Shown: piece after piece, positions 41,501 through 50,078 of the stretch
How the letters are laid out: each line of letters opens with the position of its first letter
Numbering within the stretch: position 1 is the stretch's first letter
Source: a virus
Direction: 5' to 3' (one strand)
Virus record (IMG/VR): IMGVR_UViG_3300023184_000035
Span: 84,134 to 148,133 of that record
Length of the DNA stretch: 64,000 nt
Made by a program: the position numbers and the translations under genes
Notes under the pieces: model-generated
Database searches by the model: none
The model's input: the letters and a program-made list of their open reading frames with translations, nothing else
Told to the model about the DNA's origin: nothing

Positions 41501-41639
41501 TACCACCACTGCCAGCGTGACTCAGGCCAATTTGTATCCAGATGGACCGGACGTGCTGACTGTTTGCGCTACCAATATCACTGCAACTGGCACCAATACC
41601 ATCAACAGTCGTTTGAGTTGGACAGAAGCACAGGCATAA
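38562..41639 (+). CDS. Large virion structural protein
   Basis: DKLRVS.PQALIDTDFEYGLQ.TKWE, RQTRRYFRYQSGKG, DYSWYGAG motifs of large myophage virion proteins. Confidence 0.8.
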   Translation: MSKHVIIESYGLNPATKTVTVTGKNIRKEQLLLITNVTANASYQGTVIYNFSDPNLGATSYTTSVSTDTGLETTTVVLSYNTASMLSTDKLAIMTEESYQEIMPDETLRDPVDKLRVSTPQALIDTDFEYGLQPTKWEQLNLLNNRPTGFYDVTSPATISNVAASGNTVTVTGSIATFTATIATNTLTVTALSSGLIGNGMVITGAGVTGNSVVTALTGNSSGGIGTYTLSQSSTVISPVTMTATPATGTPVFVQGTLDTNYADGWWTVQTSSGTAFTYQTLVNPAAALYDSQKTYVFPGAWFTGAVYPMAAGNISNVGNVLTITTTYNHGLRVGDGVAIANVTASANAPNGPFTVVATPTTNTFTVNTANTPGTSITATANNSIFPRPLGYTQQRAFDGGVQFTNLVPYHGYQVIRQTRRYFRYQSGKGIQFSTGSILKPALSLTTMTSSGTTVTVSCQQPHGLLPGAGIKVVGAAQTAYNGTGTAGGSTYTVVTVPTPSSFTYTADSTPSASPATSSSAGNTGIIVSPTAWYGSSNRLGMFDSQNGFYFEFDGQTLYAVRRSSTTQLSGLVTATNGSDSITGSNTKFSTQLTSGDFVVIRGQSYIVNAIISDTSMTISPEYRGATTVANSTQISKTINTRTAQSSFNIDKVDGTGASLFNLDLTKMQMFYADYSWYGAGAIRYGFKNNRGEVIYCHRMPNNNLNTEAFMRSGNLPSRYETNTLPIYTALTASVSSALTTGATISVADASTFPLAGNIRIVESKATGGNVEIINYSTRSNTVLTIGSAGTAGRAVTGGATTAQTFTYSATSPTAVELYSPQTASTISHWGSSVIMDGRYDDDRSFVFSVGSLAPVANVAQNVRQPIMSVRLAPSVDNGLTGLIGVREILNRMQLTPRGIDCYTSGTAYRIDLLLNARLSGGTWTSVGGSSLAQYIFHTAGQTAAAGEVIYSFFTNTGSATSQDLALVRDIGTSILSGGNTTTASVTQANLYPDGPDVLTVCATNITATGTNTINSRLSWTEAQA

Positions 41640-41666
41640 CCGGCATAACAAGGATAACAATAAAAA

Positions 41667-42743
41667 ATGTCAACACAAGTACAATTTAGACGTGGCACCG
41701 CAGCAGAAAACAATGCTTTTACCGGAGCATTGGCCGAAGTCACGGTCAACACCACTGACAATACCTTGCGTGTGCATGATGGCGTCACTGTTGGTGGATT
41801 CACCATGGTTGGACTTGCTGCCACACAAACGTTGACCAACAAAACTCTGACCAGTGCTGTGCTGACCACTCCCAATATTGGTGTGGCCACAGGTACCAGT
41901 TTCAGTGCAACAGGTGCCATCAACACTGCCACCACTGTGAGTGCCACAGGCAACATCACAGGTGGTAATGTCAACACTGGTGGAACAATATCTTCCACAG
42001 GCAACATTGTTACCAGTGGGTTCTTTGTGGGCAACTTCTCATCAGGCACAAATTTAACGCTGGGCAATGTCACACTGGGCAACATTATCAATGTCAATGC
42101 CAGCGGCACAGGCAACATTGGCAACACCACTGGATATTTCAACAGTGCATTTGTGCAAAATATCACATCTGTCACGGTCAGTGCCACAGGAAACGTCAAC
42201 GCAGCCAACGTGAACATAACTGGCACAGCCGCTGCCGGTTCAGGTGTGTTGATTGTGTCTGGTAACATACAAACTACCACAGCCAACAACACTTCAAACA
42301 TTGGCAATGTCAGCAACTATTTCAACACAATACATGCCAAAGCCACCACAGCACAATACGCTGACGTTGCAGAATTGTATACAGCCGACGCTGCCTATGC
42401 TCCTGGCACAGTGTTGATATTTGGTGGTGAACAGGAAGTCACTGCCAATATCACCAGTCACAGCACTGCAACAGCAGGAGTAGTTAGTAAAAACCCCAGC
42501 CATTTGATGAATGCTGGTCTACAGAGTGATTATGTTGTGGCAGTAGCACTGTTGGGGCGAGTATCATGCCAAGTGCAAGGCACAATTCACAAAGGTGAGT
42601 TGCTGGTGGCCAGTGACACCACAGGTGTTGCACAACGACTAGATCCTGCACAATATCAACCTGGTTGCATAATTGGCAAGAGTTTGGAAAACTATGACAG
42701 CACCACTGTGGGCATGATTGAAGTTGCTGTGGGTGTCAAGTAA
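41667..42743 (+). CDS. Tail fibre protein with Mtd_N-like N-terminus and intramolecular-chaperone-like C-terminus
   Basis: QFRRGT…FTGA..EVTV.T…LRVHDG; YADVAE.Y…GVVS.NP..LMN…VALLGRV. Confidence 0.8.
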   Translation: MSTQVQFRRGTAAENNAFTGALAEVTVNTTDNTLRVHDGVTVGGFTMVGLAATQTLTNKTLTSAVLTTPNIGVATGTSFSATGAINTATTVSATGNITGGNVNTGGTISSTGNIVTSGFFVGNFSSGTNLTLGNVTLGNIINVNASGTGNIGNTTGYFNSAFVQNITSVTVSATGNVNAANVNITGTAAAGSGVLIVSGNIQTTTANNTSNIGNVSNYFNTIHAKATTAQYADVAELYTADAAYAPGTVLIFGGEQEVTANITSHSTATAGVVSKNPSHLMNAGLQSDYVVAVALLGRVSCQVQGTIHKGELLVASDTTGVAQRLDPAQYQPGCIIGKSLENYDSTTVGMIEVAVGVK

Positions 42744-43259
42744 TCAGCGAATCCACTCGCAGTAGATTCTGTTGTTTGAATCCTGTTGCATGTCTGCTAC
42801 CCAAAATCCAAACTGACCAGCATATTGGGTCAACAGTTCTGGTGTCCATAAAAAGAAATCAATCTCTCTGCACTGCTCATTGCCATGATCCTGACGTCCA
42901 GGATTGCAACGCCAGTAGATTCTAGCATGCGGAGTCAACAACTTGGTCACACATTCAATTTGTTGTAGTATGGTCTCTTCTGTGCCAAAGTTTATACTGC
43001 CCAAACAAAAAGCCACATTGAAATGAATATTTGATTTAAATTCTTCAATGGTGCATTGGTAGTCAGCAGAATCAAACGCAGGGTCAATTCCGGTCAAATT
43101 GGCAATACGCCCACGAAACGGATTTGGACCACAACCTATGTCTATCACTGATTCTCCAAGTTTTATCTTTTTACACAACGCCCATCCAGAATACTCATAT
43201 TGGTCTATGTTTGAGTGCCAATGTGTGCTGAAATATTTGTCCAGGGTGTGTTGATCCAT
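42744..43259 (-). CDS. Class I SAM-dependent methyltransferase
   Basis: VIDIGCG motif I, GIDP motif II. Confidence 0.8.
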   Translation of the reverse strand: MDQHTLDKYFSTHWHSNIDQYEYSGWALCKKIKLGESVIDIGCGPNPFRGRIANLTGIDPAFDSADYQCTIEEFKSNIHFNVAFCLGSINFGTEETILQQIECVTKLLTPHARIYWRCNPGRQDHGNEQCREIDFFLWTPELLTQYAGQFGFWVADMQQDSNNRIYCEWIR

Positions 43260-43272
43260 ATAATTAATTATA
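43259..43272. promoter_or_regulatory. Bidirectional late-type promoter (palindrome TATAATTAATTATA)
   Basis: TAATTA 43265-43270 is 5 nt from both divergent ATGs. Confidence 0.65.
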
Positions 43273-43275
43273 CAC

Positions 43276-43851
43276 ATGCTTCCCAACAGAATATTTTTAA
43301 CAGGCGTACCTGGTTCACGCTGGTCAGGTATTGCACAGACCCTGGAGTCTATTCCTGAGTTCAACACAAGTGATCGCACACCCGAGCGCACATATACACA
43401 TCACAGTTATACCGGACACCAAGGTGCATACTTTGGACCAGGCATGGAACTGGAATGTAAATTAAATGACCAGTACATTGATGCAGCCTGGACTGAACCT
43501 GGCGGCACACGATTAGTCAAAAGTCATGACTGGGCCTATGTATTGCCACAAGTTGAGCATTACTTTCCCAAGGACTGGATCATGTTGGTGTATCGTCCAG
43601 ACATGGCAAGTTATGCCTGGTGGCACGAAGCTGGCGGGTTTCAGATCAAGTATCCTTGCTATGATGCTTACCAGGACAGCACAGGCATGCTGGCAGCCAT
43701 CACAAGACAAAATCAGTGCATACTTGAATATGCACACCGTAAGAATGCCACTTGGCATCACTTTACTCCTGAGTGGGTCAAAAGTACATTTGGACATCAA
43801 GTTGAAATTAAAAAGACTTTTCCAGATATTTTAGTAACGGTGTTTAAATGA
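43276..43851 (+). CDS. Sulfotransferase-like/P-loop-fold protein
   Basis: IFLTGVPGSRWS N-terminal loop, LVKSH, MLVYRP. Confidence 0.5.
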   Translation: MLPNRIFLTGVPGSRWSGIAQTLESIPEFNTSDRTPERTYTHHSYTGHQGAYFGPGMELECKLNDQYIDAAWTEPGGTRLVKSHDWAYVLPQVEHYFPKDWIMLVYRPDMASYAWWHEAGGFQIKYPCYDAYQDSTGMLAAITRQNQCILEYAHRKNATWHHFTPEWVKSTFGHQVEIKKTFPDILVTVFK

Positions 43852-44078
43852 GAGATCATGTTTGGTATATCAAGTACGCCAGTGCTGTCACAATTTTGTG
43901 TGCCATGGTGTTGCATGTTTTTGGCATCACACCCTGGAATAGTTTTGTGCAGATGATTGGAGCCACAGGCTGGATCTATGTAGGGTACAAATGGAATGAA
44001 CGTGCGTTGATGTTGAATTTTATTCCACAATTCTTTATCATCATTCCTGGCCTGGTGTACATGTATTTTTTGAAATGA
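43848..44078 (+). CDS. Small membrane protein (3 TM)
   Basis: Hydrophobic; W…G.KW.ERAL..LN. Confidence 0.7.
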   Translation: MRDHVWYIKYASAVTILCAMVLHVFGITPWNSFVQMIGATGWIYVGYKWNERALMLNFIPQFFIIIPGLVYMYFLK

Positions 44079-44479
44079 AACGCATCTTGATCATGGGCTT
44101 GCCGGGTGCAGGCAAAACCACGTTGGCTCGAGCATTAGCAGACAAAATAAATGCCATGTGGTTCAATGCTGACGATGTGCGTAAACAATATAACGACTGG
44201 GACTTTAGTCATGAAGGCCGCATTAGACAAAGCCACCGTATGCGTAGTTTAGCAGATGACAGTGATGCAAAATTTGTCATTTGTGATTTTGTGGCACCAT
44301 TGGAGGAAATGCGTGAAATTTTTTCAGCAGATTTTACCATATGGATGGACACTGTTAGGCAGAGCAAATTTGAAGATACCAATCAGATGTTTGCTCATCC
44401 CAGCTACTGGGATTTAAAGATCGTCAATTATGAATATGATGTGGACGAAATAGCAAGGAAATTAAATGAAAGAACTTAA
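44075..44479 (+). CDS. Adenylylsulfate kinase-like P-loop kinase
   Basis: GLPGAGKTT, NADDVR, DFS.EGR.RQ, DFVAP. Confidence 0.8.
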   Translation: MKRILIMGLPGAGKTTLARALADKINAMWFNADDVRKQYNDWDFSHEGRIRQSHRMRSLADDSDAKFVICDFVAPLEEMREIFSADFTIWMDTVRQSKFEDTNQMFAHPSYWDLKIVNYEYDVDEIARKLNERT

Positions 44480-44792
44480 AAAGAAATTCAACGACTGGAG
44501 ACGTAGAAGCATAGCTAGACTAGTAAGCTGGCGCATAATTGGTGGCAGCACAACTGCTGCCATTGTATATTTTGTTGCAAAAGGCGGTGCCAGTGCCGCA
44601 GAAACTGCTACTATTATCTTTATTTGTCAGTTCACTATAAACGCATTGATGTACTACATTCATGATCGCGTTTGGAATCATTTCCAATGGGGAAGAGAAG
44701 TGGTTTTTGAGGACGGAACTACTGTGACACGGGCTGAATACCTAGAATCTGTGGCAAATGCCAAATCCACAAATCATGAAAAAACGGTATAA
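44466..44792 (+). CDS. DUF2061-like membrane protein
   Basis: RS…SWRI…YYIHDRVW…WG. Confidence 0.7.
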   Translation: MKELKKKFNDWRRRSIARLVSWRIIGGSTTAAIVYFVAKGGASAAETATIIFICQFTINALMYYIHDRVWNHFQWGREVVFEDGTTVTRAEYLESVANAKSTNHEKTV

Positions 44793-44830
44793 ATAATGGT
44801 GTATCGATACACACCTTAGGAGAACACTCG

Positions 44831-45526
44831 ATGGACGCAAAACAATTTGTAAACAAAATCCGCAAGGATAATCAAGCATTGTTCCAAGCCAGCCAAATCA
44901 ACGTCAAAGCCTACTTCGACAGCAAACCTGCTCAAGAAGTCCTGGTAGAACACTTTGTGGGCCGCATGGTCAACGAGCGCATGAATATGGTGGAAATTGC
45001 CAACGCAATCGCTGCTATGCCTGCTGATACTCCAACAGAAGAACTTGAACTGTTGACACGTCAGGCACAAGACGAAGCCCGGCACTTCCGCATGGTAAAA
45101 GAAGTCATTGAGCACATGACTGGTCAGCCGCTAGACGTGGCTGCTGCCATTGCTGCTGAGGCTGCCAAACCCACTGCCAAGGGTGCTGGCTTGTTGGCCA
45201 AGTACGAAGCTGAAACTGATCCTGTTGCCCTGGCAGCATATCAACTGGTTGCTGAAGGCCGTGCCGAAGCAGTATGGAATCAAATGGCTGACTGCATTGA
45301 TGATGAGTTCATCTCAACTTCATATGCTAAAATTGCCCGGGACGAAGGCTTTCATGCCAACATTGGTGGCTGGAAACTGGAAAAATTGGTGCAAGACGAA
45401 GCCACTCAAGTTCGCGTTGAAACACTGGTTGCCAAAATGCGTCGAGACTTGTTTGACATCAGCTGCAAAAACACAATGGAAGTTCCTGCAGCCAAACAAC
45501 TAGTGGCCGAAGCCTACGGTTGGTAA
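44831..45526 (+). CDS. Ferritin-like di-iron protein
   Basis: NE…DEARH / AE…DEGFH paired ExxH ligands; TAGGAG RBS. Confidence 0.8.
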   Translation: MDAKQFVNKIRKDNQALFQASQINVKAYFDSKPAQEVLVEHFVGRMVNERMNMVEIANAIAAMPADTPTEELELLTRQAQDEARHFRMVKEVIEHMTGQPLDVAAAIAAEAAKPTAKGAGLLAKYEAETDPVALAAYQLVAEGRAEAVWNQMADCIDDEFISTSYAKIARDEGFHANIGGWKLEKLVQDEATQVRVETLVAKMRRDLFDISCKNTMEVPAAKQLVAEAYGW

Positions 45527-46062
45527 TGCGAATAGGACTCACACAACGAGTCCTGTTGCACAAAGGTCGGGCGTATGATTCCTTGGAGCACTCGTGGTAC
45601 GAGTTTTTGCAAGGACATACGCTTGTTTCTATTCCCAACAGACTTCCAGTAGATATACCAGACATAGACGCACTGATCATCACAGGCGGTGATGATCATC
45701 CTGTGCGCAATCAAGTAGAACATGAACTGGTCAACAGCATGTTATCTCGTGGCCTTCCTATCATAGGCATCTGTCATGGCTGTCAAGTGCTGACAACAAC
45801 ACTAGGTGGCACAGTTGTGCCCGTGGATGGTCACATGGACAGTTATCATGAAGTCACTTATCATGAGCAACAACATTTGGTCAACAGTTATCATAAACTG
45901 CGTATAGAACAGCCACCCCCAGGTGCTACAGTGTTGGCCCAAGATCCTGATGGCCATGCAGAAGCCTGGATTCATGAGCGCACTGCTGGCATTATGTGGC
46001 ATCCTGAACGCATGATCGAGCCTTGGATTCCTAGAGAGATACAACTGCTGTTGACACGATAA
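45526..46062 (+). CDS. Class I glutamine amidotransferase-like hydrolase (C26/Cj1417-like)
   Basis: IGLTQR N-terminus, ITGG, GICHG nucleophile, VNSYH, WHPE. Confidence 0.88.
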   Translation: MRIGLTQRVLLHKGRAYDSLEHSWYEFLQGHTLVSIPNRLPVDIPDIDALIITGGDDHPVRNQVEHELVNSMLSRGLPIIGICHGCQVLTTTLGGTVVPVDGHMDSYHEVTYHEQQHLVNSYHKLRIEQPPPGATVLAQDPDGHAEAWIHERTAGIMWHPERMIEPWIPREIQLLLTR

Positions 46063-46070
46063 ATATCTGT

Positions 46071-46529
46071 ATGTGGATTTTACATTTTTTACCTGATGCC
46101 GTAATTCTTTGGATCTGCAACACAGTGTTGTTGGCAGGCATCTTGCTGACTACTGTTGCATTTTTTATCAAACGCATACCCATCATTAACCAATACCGGA
46201 TACCCGCACAAGTCCTGGGCATCGCACTGCTGGTTGTGGGTGTGTACTGGCGTGGTGGCTATAGTATCGAAATGGAATGGCGTGAGCGTGTGGCAGAAGT
46301 ACAAGCTCAGGTAGCGGCTGCCGAGGCAGCAAGTAAAGAAACCAACACAAAGATTGTCACCAAGGTTGTTACAAAAACGCAGGTGATTCGCACCCGCGGT
46401 GAGACCATCACCAAGTACATTGACAAAGAAATTGTCAAATATGATACAAAGTTTGCAGCTGGTGGCGAATGTGAAATTCCACGAGAATTCATCAAAGCCA
46501 TCAATGATGCAGCGGAGGCACCCAAATGA
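46071..46529 (+). CDS. Rz-like i-spanin candidate
   Basis: N-terminal TMs, coiled coil, C-terminal Cys (CEIP); in lysis region. Confidence 0.55.
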   Translation: MWILHFLPDAVILWICNTVLLAGILLTTVAFFIKRIPIINQYRIPAQVLGIALLVVGVYWRGGYSIEMEWRERVAEVQAQVAAAEAASKETNTKIVTKVVTKTQVIRTRGETITKYIDKEIVKYDTKFAAGGECEIPREFIKAINDAAEAPK

Positions 46530-47407
46530 AAATAAACGACATTATCAAGGAAGATTTCAACGGCGAGTATGATGACGAAGCCGGAATGGCGCAAGGCAAC
46601 TTGTATACCATTGCCAAGGCAGCGCAAGGCTTGCTGGACACCATTGACGATCATGACAACTTGCCTGAGTGGGTACAAGAGAAAATTGCCAAGGTAGAAG
46701 GCATGATGGTTACCGCATGGAATTACTTACAGAGTCAAGAAGCACAAGGAATTGACCCACAGATAGCAGAAAGTGCTGAAAAACGCTGTCGGCAATGTGG
46801 CATGAAGAACTGTAAATGCCCAGGTGATAGTTGCAAATGCAAACCCATTGCAGGCTGGGTTCCTGGCAAAGGATTTAAGAAAGCCATGGACGAAGCAGCC
46901 AAGTCAGCCCATCCCCAACAGGCTGCCAAAGCCATTGCCATGAAAAAGGCAGGCATAAAGCCCAGGCACATGGGTGAAAGCGCAGAACTTGAAGAAGAAT
47001 TTGATCTTATTGAATCGATCATCAACCGACTGGCAGAACACAATGGCGTTGATGCTGAAGTAATCTGGGAAGACCTGGACAGTCTCACAGAAGATGAACT
47101 GTATGCATTTGCTGTGACATCAGAACCCATCATGGAAAGCGAAGCCTGGCAGAAAGCCAACAAGCGTGACCATACCGACGGTATGAGTCAAAAGGCTGTT
47201 AATACATATCGCAGAGAACATCCCGGCAGCAAGTTAAAAACTGCTGTAACAACCAAGCCAAGCAAACTAAAACGTGGCAGCAAGGCTTCAAAGCGTAGAT
47301 CAAGTTATTGCAGCCGCAGTCGTGGGCAAATGAAAATGCACAGCATTTCATGCTCAAAGACTCCAGACAAAGCCATATGCAAAGCTCGTAGACGTTGGAA
47401 CTGCTGA
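46526..47407 (+). CDS. Modular putative internal head protein
   Basis: MKINDIIKE N-terminus; short modules separated by IAE/MDE/IME; basic C-terminal RR.SYC.RS.G…ARRRWNC module. Confidence 0.65.
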   Translation: MKINDIIKEDFNGEYDDEAGMAQGNLYTIAKAAQGLLDTIDDHDNLPEWVQEKIAKVEGMMVTAWNYLQSQEAQGIDPQIAESAEKRCRQCGMKNCKCPGDSCKCKPIAGWVPGKGFKKAMDEAAKSAHPQQAAKAIAMKKAGIKPRHMGESAELEEEFDLIESIINRLAEHNGVDAEVIWEDLDSLTEDELYAFAVTSEPIMESEAWQKANKRDHTDGMSQKAVNTYRREHPGSKLKTAVTTKPSKLKRGSKASKRRSSYCSRSRGQMKMHSISCSKTPDKAICKARRRWNC

Positions 47408-47694
47408 TGAATTTGCTTAAACTATTTTTTCTAGTGGTGTTTGTTATTTTGGCATTCCTTGCCACTGGATGTTCAACCGTGGTGCCGGTCACACAAAAGT
47501 TTCCTGAAGCACCGGGCAACATAGCAATGACGCCTTGCCCGCAACTACAGAAATTAGCGGAAGATGCCAAGTTAAGTGACATTAGTAAAACTGTGTCAGT
47601 GAACTACGGCACTTACTATGAGTGCGCTGTGAAAACAGATGCCTGGATTGAATGGTATCAAAAACAAAAACACATATTCGAAAACATAAAATAA
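47407..47694 (+). CDS. Rz1-like o-spanin lipoprotein candidate
   Basis: Lipobox LATGC, Pro-rich, C…NY..YYECA. Confidence 0.65.
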   Translation: MNLLKLFFLVVFVILAFLATGCSTVVPVTQKFPEAPGNIAMTPCPQLQKLAEDAKLSDISKTVSVNYGTYYECAVKTDAWIEWYQKQKHIFENIK

Positions 47695-47704
47695 GGAGCC
47701 ACCT

Positions 47705-48319
47705 ATGGAGCTAACATTACAACAACTAAAACAAATGGTGCCAGGCATACCCTATGCCGAACACTGGCTGGAAGCCCTGGATCAACTGCTGCCAGACTAC
47801 GAAATCAACACACCCGAACGCATTGCGGCTTTCATAGCACAGTGCGCACATGAGTCAGGTGGGTTTAAATTTATCAAAGAAAATTTAAATTACAAAGCCG
47901 CAAGTTTGCGCACAGTGTTTGGCAAATATTTCCCCACGGATGACTTGGCCAATGCCTATGCCAAAAAGCCTGAAATGATTGCCAACCGAGTGTATGCATC
48001 ACGCATGGGCAACGGTGACGAACACTCAGGTGATGGCTATCGCTATTGTGGTCGTGGACTTATCCAACTAACTGGCAAAAGCAACTATGAAAACTTTGCT
48101 GCCAGCTTGGAAATATCACCTGAAGAAGCAGCAGAATACCTGGCCACATTTGAAGGCGCCGCACAAAGCGCCTGCTGGTTCTGGGAAAGTAATAACTTGA
48201 ATGTGGAGGCTGACGCTGGCGACATCAAAAAGATGACCAAGAAGATCAATGGTGGTTATATTGGTTTAGAAGATCGTATTCATCACTATGAGAATGCATT
48301 AAAAATCATGGGAGCATAA
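47705..48319 (+). CDS. Endolysin, glycoside hydrolase family 19
   Basis: AAFIAQCAHESG, ENLNY, GRGLIQLTGK.NY, TKKINGG..GL.DR. Confidence 0.92.
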   Translation: MELTLQQLKQMVPGIPYAEHWLEALDQLLPDYEINTPERIAAFIAQCAHESGGFKFIKENLNYKAASLRTVFGKYFPTDDLANAYAKKPEMIANRVYASRMGNGDEHSGDGYRYCGRGLIQLTGKSNYENFAASLEISPEEAAEYLATFEGAAQSACWFWESNNLNVEADAGDIKKMTKKINGGYIGLEDRIHHYENALKIMGA

Positions 48320-48320
48320 C

Positions 48321-48647
48321 ATGGCAGAAGAATCAGCAAAAGGTGCGTTTATAGAGAAACTGTTGTTTGCTCTATTGCCACTGATCATAGCAGGAGTTGG
48401 ATATTTGCTTAATTCGGTGGCACAACTCAATCACCAAGTGACCATACTAGAAAGCAAAGTAAGTCTAGTGGTAACACAGGACAACAAGCAGGCCAGCAAC
48501 ACCGGCAGCGAACTTGCTCGTGAAAAACTACGTCAAGACCTGACAGAAGCAATTCAAAAGAATCGTGACAGCATTCAAGAAAATAAACAAATGATTGCTG
48601 TGCATGAGGAACGAATTAGACGTTTAGAAAAAGCAGGAGCAAAATAA
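48321..48647 (+). CDS. Membrane-anchored coiled-coil protein
   Basis: Single TM followed by heptad-rich region. Confidence 0.7.
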   Translation: MAEESAKGAFIEKLLFALLPLIIAGVGYLLNSVAQLNHQVTILESKVSLVVTQDNKQASNTGSELAREKLRQDLTEAIQKNRDSIQENKQMIAVHEERIRRLEKAGAK

Positions 48648-48648
48648 C

Positions 48649-49176
48649 ATGACAGAAGCAGCAAAACCCTTATCACGTAGCGAACGTGAAGCAGCAATTA
48701 AAGACAAAGCAGGACTAGTAATTGTGATCATGGCCCTGTTTATGGGCATCACAACTTACTTTTCAAACAATTACTCAGGTGCTGTGCTGAAGAACATGCT
48801 CAAGGCCACAGACACTTATGCTTTTTATCAAAGCAAAAGTATCAAGCAAAGCATTGCCGAAGGACAGTTACAAGATGCTCGAGATCCCAACCGCATCAGA
48901 GAACTGGCAGCCAAGATCGAACGTTACGAATCTGATCCTGCTAAAGGCGAAGGCAAGCGTGAATTACTGGCTCGGGCACAGGCTTATGAAGCCGCCCGTG
49001 ATGATGCCAGTCAACACAGTCCATGGCTGACATTTGCATCAATGGCATTCCAACTGGCCATTGTGTTGTTAAGTGCTAGTATATTGGCAGTCAACAACAA
49101 AATGTACCGAATCAGCGAAGTAGTTGCTGTAATTGGTGTACTGTTGTTGAGCCAAGGTATCTGGTTGTGGTTCTAA
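48649..49176 (+). CDS. DUF4337-like membrane protein
   Basis: ATD.YAFYQ.KSIK motif, 3 TMs. Confidence 0.7.
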   Translation: MTEAAKPLSRSEREAAIKDKAGLVIVIMALFMGITTYFSNNYSGAVLKNMLKATDTYAFYQSKSIKQSIAEGQLQDARDPNRIRELAAKIERYESDPAKGEGKRELLARAQAYEAARDDASQHSPWLTFASMAFQLAIVLLSASILAVNNKMYRISEVVAVIGVLLLSQGIWLWF

Positions 49177-49247
49177 CACCCACTTAAACTAAAGTACAGA
49201 TCCGTTAAATACTTCAAGCCCCCAGCGTAGGGGCATGAGCAATAATA

Positions 49248-50078
49248 ATGGATCCACTAACACTGTTTGCCTTGGCCAACGGCGCTGTTCAAGCCGTGAA
49301 AAAAGGATGTCAATTATACAAGGACATCAAAGGTGCCGCGGGTGAGATAAATGGCGTTCTCAAAGACCTAGATGAGCAATTTCACAAAAAGTATGATGGC
49401 AAGCCTGTGCCACCGGCAGCCACCAAACAACTGGCAGAAGAAAAATCTCGTGTTCGAGAACTGAACAAACGCAGTGAAGAAAGCACCAACATCTACACCG
49501 ACATTGGTGACAGCCTGGGTGTGTACTATGACAACTATTTCAAATGTCTAGCAGTGCTGGAAGACGAAGAAAAGCGATCAAAAACTGAATTGTATAGTGG
49601 TGGCGACAGTCTAGCAAAACGTGCCCTCAAGCGTGTGCTGATGAAAAAGCAACTGGAACAAATGGGCAAGGAACTGCGAGAACTCATGATTTATCAAAGC
49701 CCGCCTGAACTGGGTGCCTTGTTCACCGAAGTAGAAAGTATGACCAAGGAACTGGGCAAAGAACAAAAAGTTCTTGTGGCCCAAGAAATTGCTCGAGCCA
49801 ATCGTCGTAGACAACGCATGGCCAAGTATCAATTTGAATTTGCCTTGGGTATTGCTGTGATCATATTGATGTTTGTCATGGGCGGATTCTTTATGTGGGT
49901 TGCACATGACGCACAACAGCGTTGGGGAGACTGGATCAATCGTCCCAACAATTACCGAGCCCAAGAAGAGGCATTGCGCAAACAAGAGTGGTTTGCACAT
50001 CAGCAACGGCTGCGCGAGTATGAAGAGTTTTTAGAACAAAAAAGACGCCAGGCCGAGCACGATGAATCCCGTAACTAA
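49248..50078 (+). CDS. Hypothetical coiled-coil membrane protein
   Basis: MDPLTL…; TM near residue 200. Confidence 0.75.
   Translation: MDPLTLFALANGAVQAVKKGCQLYKDIKGAAGEINGVLKDLDEQFHKKYDGKPVPPAATKQLAEEKSRVRELNKRSEESTNIYTDIGDSLGVYYDNYFKCLAVLEDEEKRSKTELYSGGDSLAKRALKRVLMKKQLEQMGKELRELMIYQSPPELGALFTEVESMTKELGKEQKVLVAQEIARANRRRQRMAKYQFEFALGIAVIILMFVMGGFFMWVAHDAQQRWGDWINRPNNYRAQEEALRKQEWFAHQQRLREYEEFLEQKRRQAEHDESRN

Noticed and set aside
14801-42316. Many long antisense ORFs over fibre genes (e.g. 17265-18002, 34930-35757, 41522-42316)
   Set aside because: Mirror frames of Gly/Asn/Thr-rich repeats with no start signals; shadows of the real genes.
33094-42743. Mtd_N-like domains suggesting a diversity-generating retroelement
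   Set aside because: No reverse transcriptase and no TR/VR pair differing at adenines seen; Mtd_N is only an attachment domain.
49218-49234. GCCCC/GGGGC hairpin upstream of 49248
   Set aside because: Short stem with no U-tract; not enough to call a terminator or regulatory RNA.
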